A stretch of DNA of 29,349 bases from the IMG/VR virus record IMGVR_UViG_3300007276_000206, positions 1-29,349 of that record; one strand, given 5' to 3'. The translations under genes were made by a program, and so were the position numbers. This document shows, in pieces, positions 1 to 11,479 of this stretch (the first letter of the stretch is position 1; every line of letters starts with the position of its first letter). The notes under the pieces are model-generated. The model was not told the origin of the DNA, did no database searches, and saw nothing but the letters and a program-made list of their open reading frames with translations. This DNA is from a virus (taxonomy: Duplodnaviria; Caudoviricetes).

Positions 1-88
1 CAATAGTCCACACACCAGCAGCACAGCGATAAGGGGTAGATGAATACCCCTCAAACAATGTAACTAAGTCAACCCCTTCCTTGATCAT
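1..88 (-). CDS. Endolysin, GH24 phage lysozyme (5' end only; runs off the window)
   Basis: Not in the ORF track. Manual translation from ATG at 88 gives MIKEGVDLVTLFEGYSSTPYRCAAGVWTIG, the GH24 catalytic pattern E-x8-[DC]-x5-T. The start overlaps the holin stop (ATGA). Confidence 0.9.
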   Translation of the reverse strand, partial: MIKEGVDLVTLFEGYSSTPYRCAAGVWTI

Positions 89-561
89 TTTCGTGCAGAC
101 CTATAGCCAAACAAGAAACCTAATACTGCTTGAATAGCTTCACCGATGAGTGAACCCCACAACAAGTCAACTGCTTGCCTGGTGTCATCAAGTGACTCGA
201 CTGAACTCAACACTGCGTAAGTGTAGAACGAAGCCATGACTGCAAACAGTGTGATAATTATGGTGACAGCAAAAGGTCGCATTGCTGCATTCCATGCGTC
301 AACCCAGTTGATACCTATGCTTTTCAGACTAGCTTTAGCAATCTTTGACTGAGCATCATAAGCTGCAATGTCAACCTCACGGTCCATCTCAGCAACACGT
401 GTCTCACCCTCCTTCTCAGCGATACGCAATTGAAGTTCAGTCTGCTTCTCAAGCATCTGCATCTCTCGATCATGCTCACGACCTGCACCCCACTCTTTTA
501 AAAGGTTGGGAACCGTACCGGATATTAAACCGGTGACAGTTGATATTAATGCTGTGATCAT
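85..561 (-). CDS. Putative holin (3TM/GTA-holin-like membrane protein)
   Basis: N-terminal amphipathic segment, coiled region, W..AMRP followed by a hydrophobic helix, and a C-terminal GFLFGYR.. motif. Lies directly upstream of the lysozyme. Confidence 0.65.
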   Translation of the reverse strand: MITALISTVTGLISGTVPNLLKEWGAGREHDREMQMLEKQTELQLRIAEKEGETRVAEMDREVDIAAYDAQSKIAKASLKSIGINWVDAWNAAMRPFAVTIIITLFAVMASFYTYAVLSSVESLDDTRQAVDLLWGSLIGEAIQAVLGFLFGYRSARK

Positions 562-564
562 AGA

Positions 565-3336
565 TTACCCCTTTATACCAAATGCAAGTTTATAGTTACC
601 TTTATGGACACGATACATTTTGTCGTGTGTCCATGACTCACCAGCCGGAACTAGAACACCAGCAGCATCATTACCACTGAATGCTCTTGTGTAAAATTTA
701 ACAGTTCGGTCAGTTCTATCTTGAATCAAACAGTTGTCTCTGCCAACATCATACGGTGGGTAATTGAACACACTACCATCAAGTGCTGTTGTATATGATG
801 CAATAGCTGCATATTCATCATTAATAAATGCAACACTTTCCTGAAGTTGTGGTATGAAAGTACCACCGTTATCAAATTGGTCAATAACATAATTCTGATC
901 AGCAGCAACATGTTTGAACCCACCACCAACAGATAAACCTTGGGGTTGTCTAATACCCTGTGAAGTGTCAGTGTTTGGTGAGTTAAGCATGATAGTAAAT
1001 TCATCATGAACGTAACTGTCAGCGAGTGTGGTCTTCGTAGTAGTTACACCATAACCTGATTGACTGAATGAAAAAGTATAATCAACTGTACAGAAGTTAC
1101 TAGAATCAACAGCAAATGATAATGTGGTTGTAAATTCAATTCTGAAATCTTTTGCTAACCAGGTGTCAAACTGTGCACCACCTGCAAAATCGATCACTGC
1201 ATTGTTTGCATAGAACACCGGAACAGGTGTGGTTTCGTTCCCATGAATACCACCAAGGAACTCTTCATCACCAGCAGGTTCTGTTGTTTTCCTGACACCT
1301 ATAGCCATTTCCAAATTACCAGAACCGATCAACATATACTCAGTACCTTGACCACTATCATTGTTAGGATCTTGAACAATTTTAGGCATGTCAAAATCAT
1401 CAAACTGATCAACACCGATTACACCTGCTAAGTTCTGATCATACCCTATAACACCGAAATCATAATAACGATGCGCAGTGCTTGACGCATTTTTAGTCTT
1501 ACCATTTTTCACATGTAAATAGTAATCACCTTTAACCAAGTTTGTAGCAATAACTTCGTTTTTAGCAGTTGAACCGACACCGTACATATCTAAAGTCTGA
1601 TTCTGATATTCAGTTATTTCTGTACCAGTCGAATCGTATACAGTGAACTCAGCAATTGATGCCACATTAGTTTCAACATACGACCATACGACTTTAGTCA
1701 CATCGGTGAAAGCATAAACAGCAGTAGTACCAGATGTAACACTCATTGAATTGGTTTGACCACCGAGTGACGCATCAAGAACAATACCGTGAATACCCAC
1801 AGCATTAAATGCTATGTCGTCATAACCAAGTAAACCTGCTTGATACACTCGATTAGCACCAGGGTTTGTTGTATCAACTTCAATCTCTACAACATAAGTT
1901 TTAGCTGTATCAAGACCGTCAGCTAACGGTATGTGCATTGTAGTGTTACCAGTAGCGGTTGAAATAAAGTTAACTAAATGGTCACTTGGTAACAGGTAGT
2001 TTGCTTCATCTATTTCAACTGCGCTCTCAGTAATTGTAATTTTACCGATACCACCGTTACCTGCATATAACCCACGTAAGTGCAAACGTTCAACACCTGT
2101 GATTGTATAAGTACAAGTATCACCGATTGTTGCAGACCAACTAACATCACTGGTAGTCAATACAACAGCAGGTGCAGACCACGTACCAACTTGAACAGCA
2201 TCAGCACTCGCTTTAGTCACTGTTGTTGCCGTACCTGTTGTTTCACTTACATTGTTCGCTGGTGTTCTCACAACAGGGTTTGAAGGGTTCAGACCTGCTA
2301 ATGAGCAGTTGATCATGCGTGGTGCACCATCATTGGTCACGTTGAATCTATTGGTGAATAGCCAACGATGCCAGAAACGACCGTCATTTGACATCGGTGT
2401 ATAGACAGCAAATTCAAGGAAATCAGTTCTTAATTTCTCAAGCATGCACTGTTCAGCTTCTACAACAACGTTCTGACTTACACCGAAAGTTCTTAATATG
2501 TCTCTTGTTTCACCACGGTATCTGTTTGGTAAATTCAATTCTAATGATACATATGGATCAGCATCACTTGCTTGACCACCATAAAGATACTGTGAATCTC
2601 CACCGGTAGGTTCCCACGTCGGTTCATTCTTTTCACTTCTGATAATACTTCTTTTTGTCAACACGTGGTCAGCACCACCGAAACCTGTATCAGCACTGTT
2701 CTCTTGTGTTTTAGCTGTTATCTTACCAGCAGAGTCAATCATCACTGGTGTGACTTTACTCATACCAACTGCTGTCAGGTCAGTTATATCATTGAATGAG
2801 TAAACCACTGAATCACTTGATATGATGTCGGGACTTAACTCAGACAGGTTCACGTTCTCAAAACCTGTCAAGTCTGCTTTCCAGCGTATTAAACTCTGAC
2901 TAATTGGGTCATCAAGTGTTAAAGGCAAAGGACCACTGTAAGATGTACTAACTGAAGGACTTCTGTCTTTTTCATCAAGTAACTGTTGAATTAAGAATGT
3001 CAGTTTATCCATCGCATCTTCATGTGTGTCAGGGAAAAATGGTCCTTGAGATGTAAATGCAGTTAACTGAGTTTCTTTGTAGTTGGATCGAATATACCAT
3101 TCGTGTCCAGTAGGTAAAGCACCTGCAACACGTGTGATAATACCACCACTGTCATCACCAACACCTGCAACAGTATAATGTGTATCAACAGTAAGTAATG
3201 TTTGCAACCCTTGCGTATCTGTTTCATAAACACTAAGTTGTGTTTTATCAGCCACCTTGAATGTGTAACTGAATGTATCTGCTATACCGTTACCGGCATA
3301 AGGTCCTGATGTGATTTTTGTGGTATTAACAGTCAT
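565..3336 (-). CDS. Tail spike/fibre (receptor-binding protein), 923 aa
   Basis: N-terminal podovirus adaptor-binding domain (YAGNGIADTFSYTF...YTVAGVG...FFPDTHEDAMDKLTFLIQQL); the remainder is beta-rich. GGAG RBS upstream; located after the internal virion genes. Confidence 0.85.
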   Translation of the reverse strand: MTVNTTKITSGPYAGNGIADTFSYTFKVADKTQLSVYETDTQGLQTLLTVDTHYTVAGVGDDSGGIITRVAGALPTGHEWYIRSNYKETQLTAFTSQGPFFPDTHEDAMDKLTFLIQQLLDEKDRSPSVSTSYSGPLPLTLDDPISQSLIRWKADLTGFENVNLSELSPDIISSDSVVYSFNDITDLTAVGMSKVTPVMIDSAGKITAKTQENSADTGFGGADHVLTKRSIIRSEKNEPTWEPTGGDSQYLYGGQASDADPYVSLELNLPNRYRGETRDILRTFGVSQNVVVEAEQCMLEKLRTDFLEFAVYTPMSNDGRFWHRWLFTNRFNVTNDGAPRMINCSLAGLNPSNPVVRTPANNVSETTGTATTVTKASADAVQVGTWSAPAVVLTTSDVSWSATIGDTCTYTITGVERLHLRGLYAGNGGIGKITITESAVEIDEANYLLPSDHLVNFISTATGNTTMHIPLADGLDTAKTYVVEIEVDTTNPGANRVYQAGLLGYDDIAFNAVGIHGIVLDASLGGQTNSMSVTSGTTAVYAFTDVTKVVWSYVETNVASIAEFTVYDSTGTEITEYQNQTLDMYGVGSTAKNEVIATNLVKGDYYLHVKNGKTKNASSTAHRYYDFGVIGYDQNLAGVIGVDQFDDFDMPKIVQDPNNDSGQGTEYMLIGSGNLEMAIGVRKTTEPAGDEEFLGGIHGNETTPVPVFYANNAVIDFAGGAQFDTWLAKDFRIEFTTTLSFAVDSSNFCTVDYTFSFSQSGYGVTTTKTTLADSYVHDEFTIMLNSPNTDTSQGIRQPQGLSVGGGFKHVAADQNYVIDQFDNGGTFIPQLQESVAFINDEYAAIASYTTALDGSVFNYPPYDVGRDNCLIQDRTDRTVKFYTRAFSGNDAAGVLVPAGESWTHDKMYRVHKGNYKLAFGIKG

Positions 3337-3372
3337 AGTGACACTCCAATATATAATTTCTAAAGTCTATCA

Positions 3373-6300
3373 TTACTTACGCTCAGGACCAAATAAGAAC
3401 TGATGAGTAGTAAACTCTTCACCTTCAGCAAGTACCTCATACAAATGTTCACCGGTTGCCCACGCTTGACCTGTACCTGGTATACCTGCACCAGCACCAA
3501 CTAATTTACTAATTGATTTAATTTGACCTTTCGTCAACTCACCGTCGGTAAGTACCGCTTTACCACCACCTTTCAAACCTTGCAACCCTTGCTCAACGAT
3601 TGATGTAACCGGTGAAGCATTGTACTGATAACCACTGAATAACCCATTAGCTGCATCACGTACAAAAGGTATTGATGCAATCGGGTAGTGCAACTTTAGT
3701 CAGTGTTTCCTGTAACAATTCTTCAGGTTCTTGGTCTTCTTTCGCAAACTCACCACGCATCATCATCTCGAATAATACAGGTATGGTGAACAAGAACATT
3801 GCTTTAGCTGCAACAGTGGTAGTTGAGTATTTACCAGACTGTGCACCTTTAACTAGGTCACGTTGCAAGTTCCACAATGCACTGAAGAATGTCATGAACA
3901 TGGTGAATATCGTATGTGTCTTAGTTTGATTACGCATCAGACCAGCCATGTCTTTAGTCACACCTGAACCTTGAACATTCTCAATCACCCAGTCAGCATA
4001 CTGAAACGCTTTCTTTTCATCACCAGACTCACCAAGCTCTTTAATGTATGCAGCGTGCCATGATGGTAAATCAACCATGTAAGTTTGAATCAGTGCAATG
4101 TGTTTCATTGAAGCTTCTTGAATGGCTGCAAATACACCACGTTTACTTTCGAGCTGTTGCATTGCATTCATCAATTCACGATCCATTGTCTTAGTACGAT
4201 GCTTCAACACTTTAGACTTCTCAGTGGCGAACTCCCACGCACTTCTCATGCTGTCAACACTACCAAGTATTGTACGCATTGATTGCATTACAGGCTTCAT
4301 ACCCACTTCAGCAATGGTGTTAGACAGACCACTTATCTGAATGATACCAGTTGATGCTTTGAAACCCATTACACCGAGTGTAGTACCTAAACGTAACCTG
4401 TTGAACATCGCATCTACAATCGATTTATTAGGTGCATTGCGACCATCTTTAGCAATATCATTCAACCACGGTTTAAGTTGTGCAAATTCTTCAGGGCCTA
4501 GTTTCTCAGTCACTGCATCTTTTACACGTGGGTCACGTAGTAATCTGTTCACTTCACGTACTGCATCATGGTGAGTGATATAGTGAATTGTTTCTTGTAT
4601 ATGATTAGGAACTACATTCAGTGTCAAGTGAATTGGTGCAAAGTAACCTGTACGCTCATTTGTTGATCCAGTGTTCACCGATGCTTGTATGCTGGCGTTA
4701 CTGGCAAACATTGAACCCACTTCAGCTTCTTTACGTTCTTCAAACTCAGCAGCTTTATTGTCACGAGTTGGGTCATACTTAACAGGGTAATAACCACCTT
4801 TAAATGTACCGTGTTCAGTTTCAACCGGTGTAGCTTCAACTTTAGGTGGTACAAGTCCAGTGGTGCGACGATGCACTTCAGCAAGTTTCGGGTAAAGAAT
4901 ATCAATCTGATCCCAAATCTTCTGAACCATCTGCCAGTCTGATTTAGTCATGTGCTTCAGCACAGCTTGCAACTGAGCATTCTGTAAATTTATATCGTTA
5001 CCATCTTCTTTCGCCCAACCTTCACCGAGTAATAACTTTTTCAAATTACCTTCGTTACCAGTGTTCAATGCAACTGCAATAATCTCATGACCTTTCAAGT
5101 TACCGGTGTGAGTACCACCTGCTGTACCTTTGATTTCAGGTATGAAGAATGTGGTATTGTGACGCTTCTCATCTTCCTTGCTTCTGTTCTTGATCATGTC
5201 AGTGACCGGCTTACCAACTTCTTCAAACATTTCTAATTCAGCATTATATGCATCAGTCATCGGTTGTGAGAATGTGGTGAACCATGTACCCACTCGATCC
5301 ATTCCATCCATCCATGACATCATATAAGGAATCTTAGTCATTTGACCCATTGCCCATCGACCCTTGCGTTCAATCCAAGTTAAGTCATCAGCAACACTTG
5401 CACTCTTTTTGAATCGACCTGTACCAGTTTCAGCAGCAGTGGTGACAAGTTTCTCAACCAGTTTGTTATATTCGATTTCTTCACCCATACGAGTGAGTTT
5501 GTTCGAGTAACGTGCAACATGTTCGATGTTCTTCACTGAGTCATTGATGCCCTGTAAATCACTATAAGCAACATTTTTCCAATGGGTAACATAAGACTCG
5601 TTCAACACCACGTTAGCCAATACTAGACCATCACCGTGAGTGTCCATGCGTTCAGCAGCCCAGGTATTAATGTCTTGGTTAACTTGATCAACAGAACCTA
5701 GTGTTGCAGATTTTCTGAACTCGAACCGTTCAAGTACCTTGACTATCTGTTCCCAGTAACCACCTTCCGCTTTTTGAATTTCTTCACGTACTTTTTTCTT
5801 GTTGTAACGATTCATACGGTCAACGATTTTCACGGTGTCATTCTTCGCTGTCGTTGCTTCCATACCAAGGTAGTAGTTTAATGCTTGACGTGCTTTAGCT
5901 TGTGCAGCACCTTCTTTATTACCTTCAGCCAACATGCGTGCAGCTTCTTGTGCAGCACGAATCTCAGCCTTGCGATATTTACCAGGGTGAATTTCTCTGA
6001 ATGATAAGTTACCAATACGTTCAGCAGCAATCGACTTCATTGTCTGACGGTCAAGACTACGTTGACTTGTACCACGTGCAAGTATCTTCAACTCATGAAG
6101 AATCAACTTACCACGTTCTTCATTCTGCACTGCTTCATCAGCTTGTTGCTCAATCGTACCATCGGTGAATATATCACCATGTCTAGTGAACATAATATCT
6201 TGAGCATTTGACTCAGCAGTTTCTTTCAATGGTGGTGCAGCTAAAATATCATTCAACATCTCAGCACCAGAACTGTAACCAAAGTATGCAGCAGCTTCGT

Positions 6301-9300
6301 CTGGGTGAACACCTTTCTGACCTTTAGCAGTCATACCACGGAACTTATCAGATACACGAACAGACTTGCGACCTAGCTTGTCAGTACGTTCTTCACCAGT
6401 CATCTCTTTCACAGTAGCGTGATCAAGCTTGATGTTAACTGTTTGTAGGTCAGTTTCAGACTCTTGCAACTGTTGTTCATTTTGTGATATTGCATTTTCT
6501 AGTGAGTCAATTTCACCTTCAACTTGACTGTCAACAAACCGAGTGTCTTCAAAAAGCATGTCATTGATTACATCTAATGCTTCATTAGCATCAAAGTCAG
6601 TGATAATACCTTCTTCATGCAACAATTCTGCAACACCGTCAGCAGTCAGACCACCAGTCTTAGGGAATAATGGTTTACCAAATACACCACCGCGTTTTTT
6701 GAACTCAGCAGGATCAACACCCTCTGCTTCCATTGACTCACGGTTCAACCCACCTTTTTTAGCAATGAATTTACCAATGGTGTCGTTATCTTTTTTCAGC
6801 TTTTTAATTTGCTTTTCAGCTTCAATGATTTCTTGTTTAGATGTTTCAATTTTCAGTTCAATGTCACCAGTTGGTGCGACGTGCTTCAACGTGTTCATTG
6901 TTGCATACACACGTTCTTTACTTAAACGGTCCATCTCTTCATCAACTAGGTCAGCAGATTCTTCTTTCCACCACTTCATGTTGATGCGTATCATTTGTTG
7001 GATCAGCTTATCGCGCAATGTTTCAGTCTGAACGTCTTTAACTTTTTCCTGACGTTGCTGATAATTGCTGAACTCTTCTTCAGTCATACCTGCCATAGCA
7101 GCATCGGTGAACATTGGTTCAACTCGTGCACGTGACTCAGCAGCAGCAATCTGTTCTTCAGTTGCTAGTAATCTGTCAAATACTTGACGCATCTCATTAT
7201 CAAGGTTCACATTCAAGTCACCACGTAATGCTTGGTAAATGCGTGCAAGCCAACGTGCAAATGTTCTGAATGCATTACGCAGTTCAACACTTGGTGCTTT
7301 ACCTTCCATCAAATACGTTTCAAAGCCACGAGCAAACTGCTCATGTACCGCACGACGAACCGCAGCATCTTTATCAGTGTTACCTGATGAACCTGTATCA
7401 AGGAAGTTCACCACATCAGCTTCAGTGATTGACCCTTGTATACCGTCAGGTGGTTGTTGTGATTGTGCTAATAAGTCAGCAGATTCTGCATCCTTGAATT
7501 GAGCATTAACGGACCTGATATTTTTAGGGTCAAACATCACCTGTTCGAATATTCTTTTATCACCGTCTTCATCTAACTCATGGATGATTAAAGAATCATA
7601 ACCTGCTTCTTGTAGTAACCTAGTGCGTTCACTCGCTGATGTATCAACATCAATACCAATTTCAGCATATTGTTCTTTGGCAGCATTACGCCAGTCAATA
7701 CCATGTGTGGCACTACTTGCACGAACAAACGGTTTTTCTGATTTTAAATAAACAGGTATTACATTCGGTGTACCACGATATTTACCTGCATAAGAACTTG
7801 CATAAGCTTTGTTTTCCGAAAAATAAAAACCTGCACCATGATACCCTTCGTCAGAAGTTGAACCTATTTTGTCAACTCTGAATTCTTTAACATCACGGGG
7901 AGTACCGTGGTAAAGGGTAGTATCAACATCAAAACCTTGCTCACGTGCGCGTTCTTTACGTTGGTCAGTTGATTCTACCTGTGACTGCTTCAGTGCATCA
8001 AATTCATTACCTAAATATTTATTTGCTTCAGCAGCAACATCTTCAGCATTACGCTTGTACCAGTTGTTGATGCTTTCATTCATGTCAGTGTTACCTGACG
8101 CTTCCATCTCATACATGAAATGTGCAAACTCATGAAGAAATGTTGACAGGTCAGCAGATTCAGTCAGTCTGATAATGCTGTTTTCAGGGTCATAGTAACC
8201 ACGAGCAACACCAGTGTCCGGTTTCTTTTGGAATAATAGTTTTTTCTGCTCACTGATAACTTGCTGGCGTGTTTTACCTTTACCTGATGAGTCATAAGTT
8301 TTAATCTTCAACCCTGCATCTTTCAATACTTGTAATGCATTTTTGTTCATACCTTTAGGTACAACAGCAGTGTTGAACTCTTCAAAACCAACAGCGCGTT
8401 GGATCTTAGTTTCAAAGTAACTTGATGGTAAAGCACTAAGGTACTCAGTGAAGTCGTCAACAATCTCACGTACTTCAGGTGTCACGTTAAATGCTTCATT
8501 CAACCCTTTACGACCTTCAGTGATTGCAGTACCTGCATCGTCAGCATAACCCCAACTATCAGCATCAAACTTGTAGAATGGTTTCAACTTCTCAAGCACT
8601 TCCTCGAAAACATCAGCAGACTCTTGTTTGACTTCAGTCATCTCAGCTTCACTGACAATCTCATCACGTCGTGCTTGAACCTGTTTAATGGTTTTCATCT
8701 CATTAGCGAAAGCAGAACGAACTGTACCAACACCGTAGAATGATGCTTCACCAGCTTGAAGTTTCTGTGTCATCTCCTTGACAACACTTTGCATATTATA
8801 ATCGACGTACTTCTTGTTACCACTTGGTGAGAAACCTTTGAACAGCTTCTTACCATTGACCATGTCATTGAACTTGTCTGTCACCCATTGGTCATACTCA
8901 TCACGAGTCTTCTGAACACGCATCTTTTTATCGATGTCAGAACGCAGTTGGTGAGTATCAGTTGCACCTTGTTGTTTGAAACGACGTACTTCTGATTCAA
9001 AGTCAAACAGTTTACCTGGTATAACTTCACCATTCTCAAGAAACCAGAAACCACTGTAACGTTCAACACGACCAGGGTCAGCAGCTTCAACAGCTTTCAG
9101 CATTTTGGTGTAATGTTCTTTAGCAACTTTTTGGAACTTAGGATCACGTGCATCAATTTTGTCAAGCTTTGCAGCTTTCTTGACAGTTGCATCAATCTTC
9201 TTGTTTTTAAGTTTCGGTGCTTTACCTTGCTCTTGTAACCATAAATATTGAACAGCAGTTGAACGTTGAAGGTTATCAGCACCAGTACCATCTGCTAATG

Positions 9301-11479
9301 AGTTGATGTCGGGTTTACTTAGATTAAGATCACGAGCATCACCCATCTGTGCATCAAGTTCATTGAATTTCTTTTGATCAATGTCATAGGTAGGACGTGG
9401 TTGACGTGGTGAATATATGTCAGCATCGAAATTACGTGCTTTATCTGATTCAAGTAGCGACGGGTCAGCAAGTAATGACACTTCACCAAACGCATCAAAG
9501 TCACTGACATCAGTGCGGATAGTAGCAATCGACGGTGCAGCCAAACCACCAAGGTCAGCAGCAGCAAGAATGTTTTCCGATGAAAGGTTATGAGTTACAA
9601 CTAGGTTCGCGTCATCAACAGCATCCTGAGTCAACACCTGCTCACCTTCAAGTCGGGAAAGCTCACCAGTCTGGGGACCTTCAATGGTTAAACCTGCATC
9701 AGTGTAAACTTGTTGAACTGTTTTACCACTACGTGCAGCTTGAGCTGTTGCCCATGCAGGAACAACTTGAGCCATGATTGAAGCATTAGCAGCATTCACT
9801 GCACCAGTGTCAATCAGTTGATCACGAACAGTGGTGTAGATTTCTTGAGCTTCAACGTACTGTGACGCGTTTTCCTGTGCTTCACCCATTAAGGTTTCAA
9901 CGTAAGCTTTAGTTTCAACCTCATGTTGCTCTTGACGGAATGGTGAAACTGTTTCATCACTCATCGTCATGTGTTCACGTAACTCAGTAGCTGCTTCAGT
10001 ACCAGCAATGTCACCCATGAACTCATCAACGGGAACCGCGACATCAGCACCCGTGGCGCGAGACTCACGTGCAGCATTAGCAAGTGCTTTCAATGCAGGA
10101 TCAGCATCAATCTCTTCACGTGTTTTACTTTGTAGGAATAATGAAGTCTGAACACCATCAATGAATACGTGAGTATTATTCTCACCATCTGCTTCACGAA
10201 TGAATTGCTTGAATGACTCAACGTCACGTTCTCGCAGCTTAGACTTAACTGAGTCAGCACTTAACTTATCAATGTTACGTTGCTCAATATCGCCTTGAGT
10301 TGCTTGTTCTTGCTCAGTCTGAGTCAACTTATTAATTGTCTTATTGACAGCAGTTGCAGCACCAATCTGTGCACCACCAGCCACAACAGTAGCAATGGCA
10401 GTGACCGCTTGACGACGCAGTTGAATGTTGATCATATCTTCTGCTGTTTCAGCATTCTCAAGTTCTTTATCTAAACCGAACATGTATGAGTTGACTGTCT
10501 GCAATGCAGTAGCAAGTTGCTCAGTACCCATCTCTTGTACTGCGAATTTCAATGCTGATTTAGTTAATCCTTTACTCTTACCTGTTAAAATTGTTTCAAT
10601 TGTTTTCGTTGGTAATAACTCAGTACCCACTTCGATAGCTGCATCAATGGTGGCAAACCATCGCGCTTCTTCAACAGTCAAACCTTCAGCACGACCTTCA
10701 CCATATGACCCTGCGAATGTCTGTGCACCAATGGTGACAAGTAACGGTGCCGTACGACCACCTGACAAAACAGTTAATGCAAGACCTGGGGCCATGTTAG
10801 CAAGTGACTCAACACCTGCACGCACACCTTCTTGAACAATGTTCATGTCTTCAGGTGTTAATGATTGACGTTCTTTTTGTAGTGTTTGAATTTCACCAAT
10901 GAGTCGATCACTGGTTTCTTCTTTAGCAGTTGCAAGTTGTTCATCAGTTTCAATACCGAAGTCAGCAGCAAGGTCACGTGACATATCAGCAGCAAAAGAT
11001 TCCATGCCCATAGGCATCGCAGTAGCAGGTATCAAGTCTTGAATTCTATCTGATGTTGACTCAATTGCAGCAGTTGTAAGACCACGACCTTGAATGTCGA
11101 AACCTATACCGATTGAGCGACCCATACCGTCGAATGTTTTTTCAATACCTTCAAGTAAGTTACTGATCACGTCTTCTTGTGCAATGACAGAATTGTTCAC
11201 ATCAGTAGTGAGAAACTTAGAAGTCTTTGGTGCACGTTGTGTCATACCTTCAAGATTAATCTTGTCAAGCTTCAGCTTCTGTTGAATTTGTTCAGGGTTA
11301 GATTGTACAGCGAACTCAGGTACACCAGACTCTTTGCTTAGTTTAGTAGTCTGTGCATGTTGGTCAGGGTTAACCTTGACAGCTTCTGTCATATTAGAGT
11401 TCAACTGCGTCTGCTGTTGATCGTCTTCATTTAATCCGAAACCACCAAGGTCTATTTTACTAAGGTCTAAATCAGGCAT
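3373..11479 (-). CDS. Giant internal virion / polyvalent protein (~2,700 aa), interrupted by a frameshift near 3686
   Basis: ORF 3656..11479 plus ORF 3373..3693 read as one protein (...TKVAL / YPIASIPFVRDAANG...). It occupies the T7 gp16-like position. Contains an LPD22-like segment (SKLRERDVESFKQF...GADVAVPVDEF), HEFAH...HEQFARGFE metallopeptidase motifs and a YHGT...GFYF...E ART module. Confidence 0.85.

Noticed and set aside
565-3336. Diversity-generating retroelement as in BPP-1
   Set aside because: No reverse transcriptase and no template/variable repeat pair was seen in this window.
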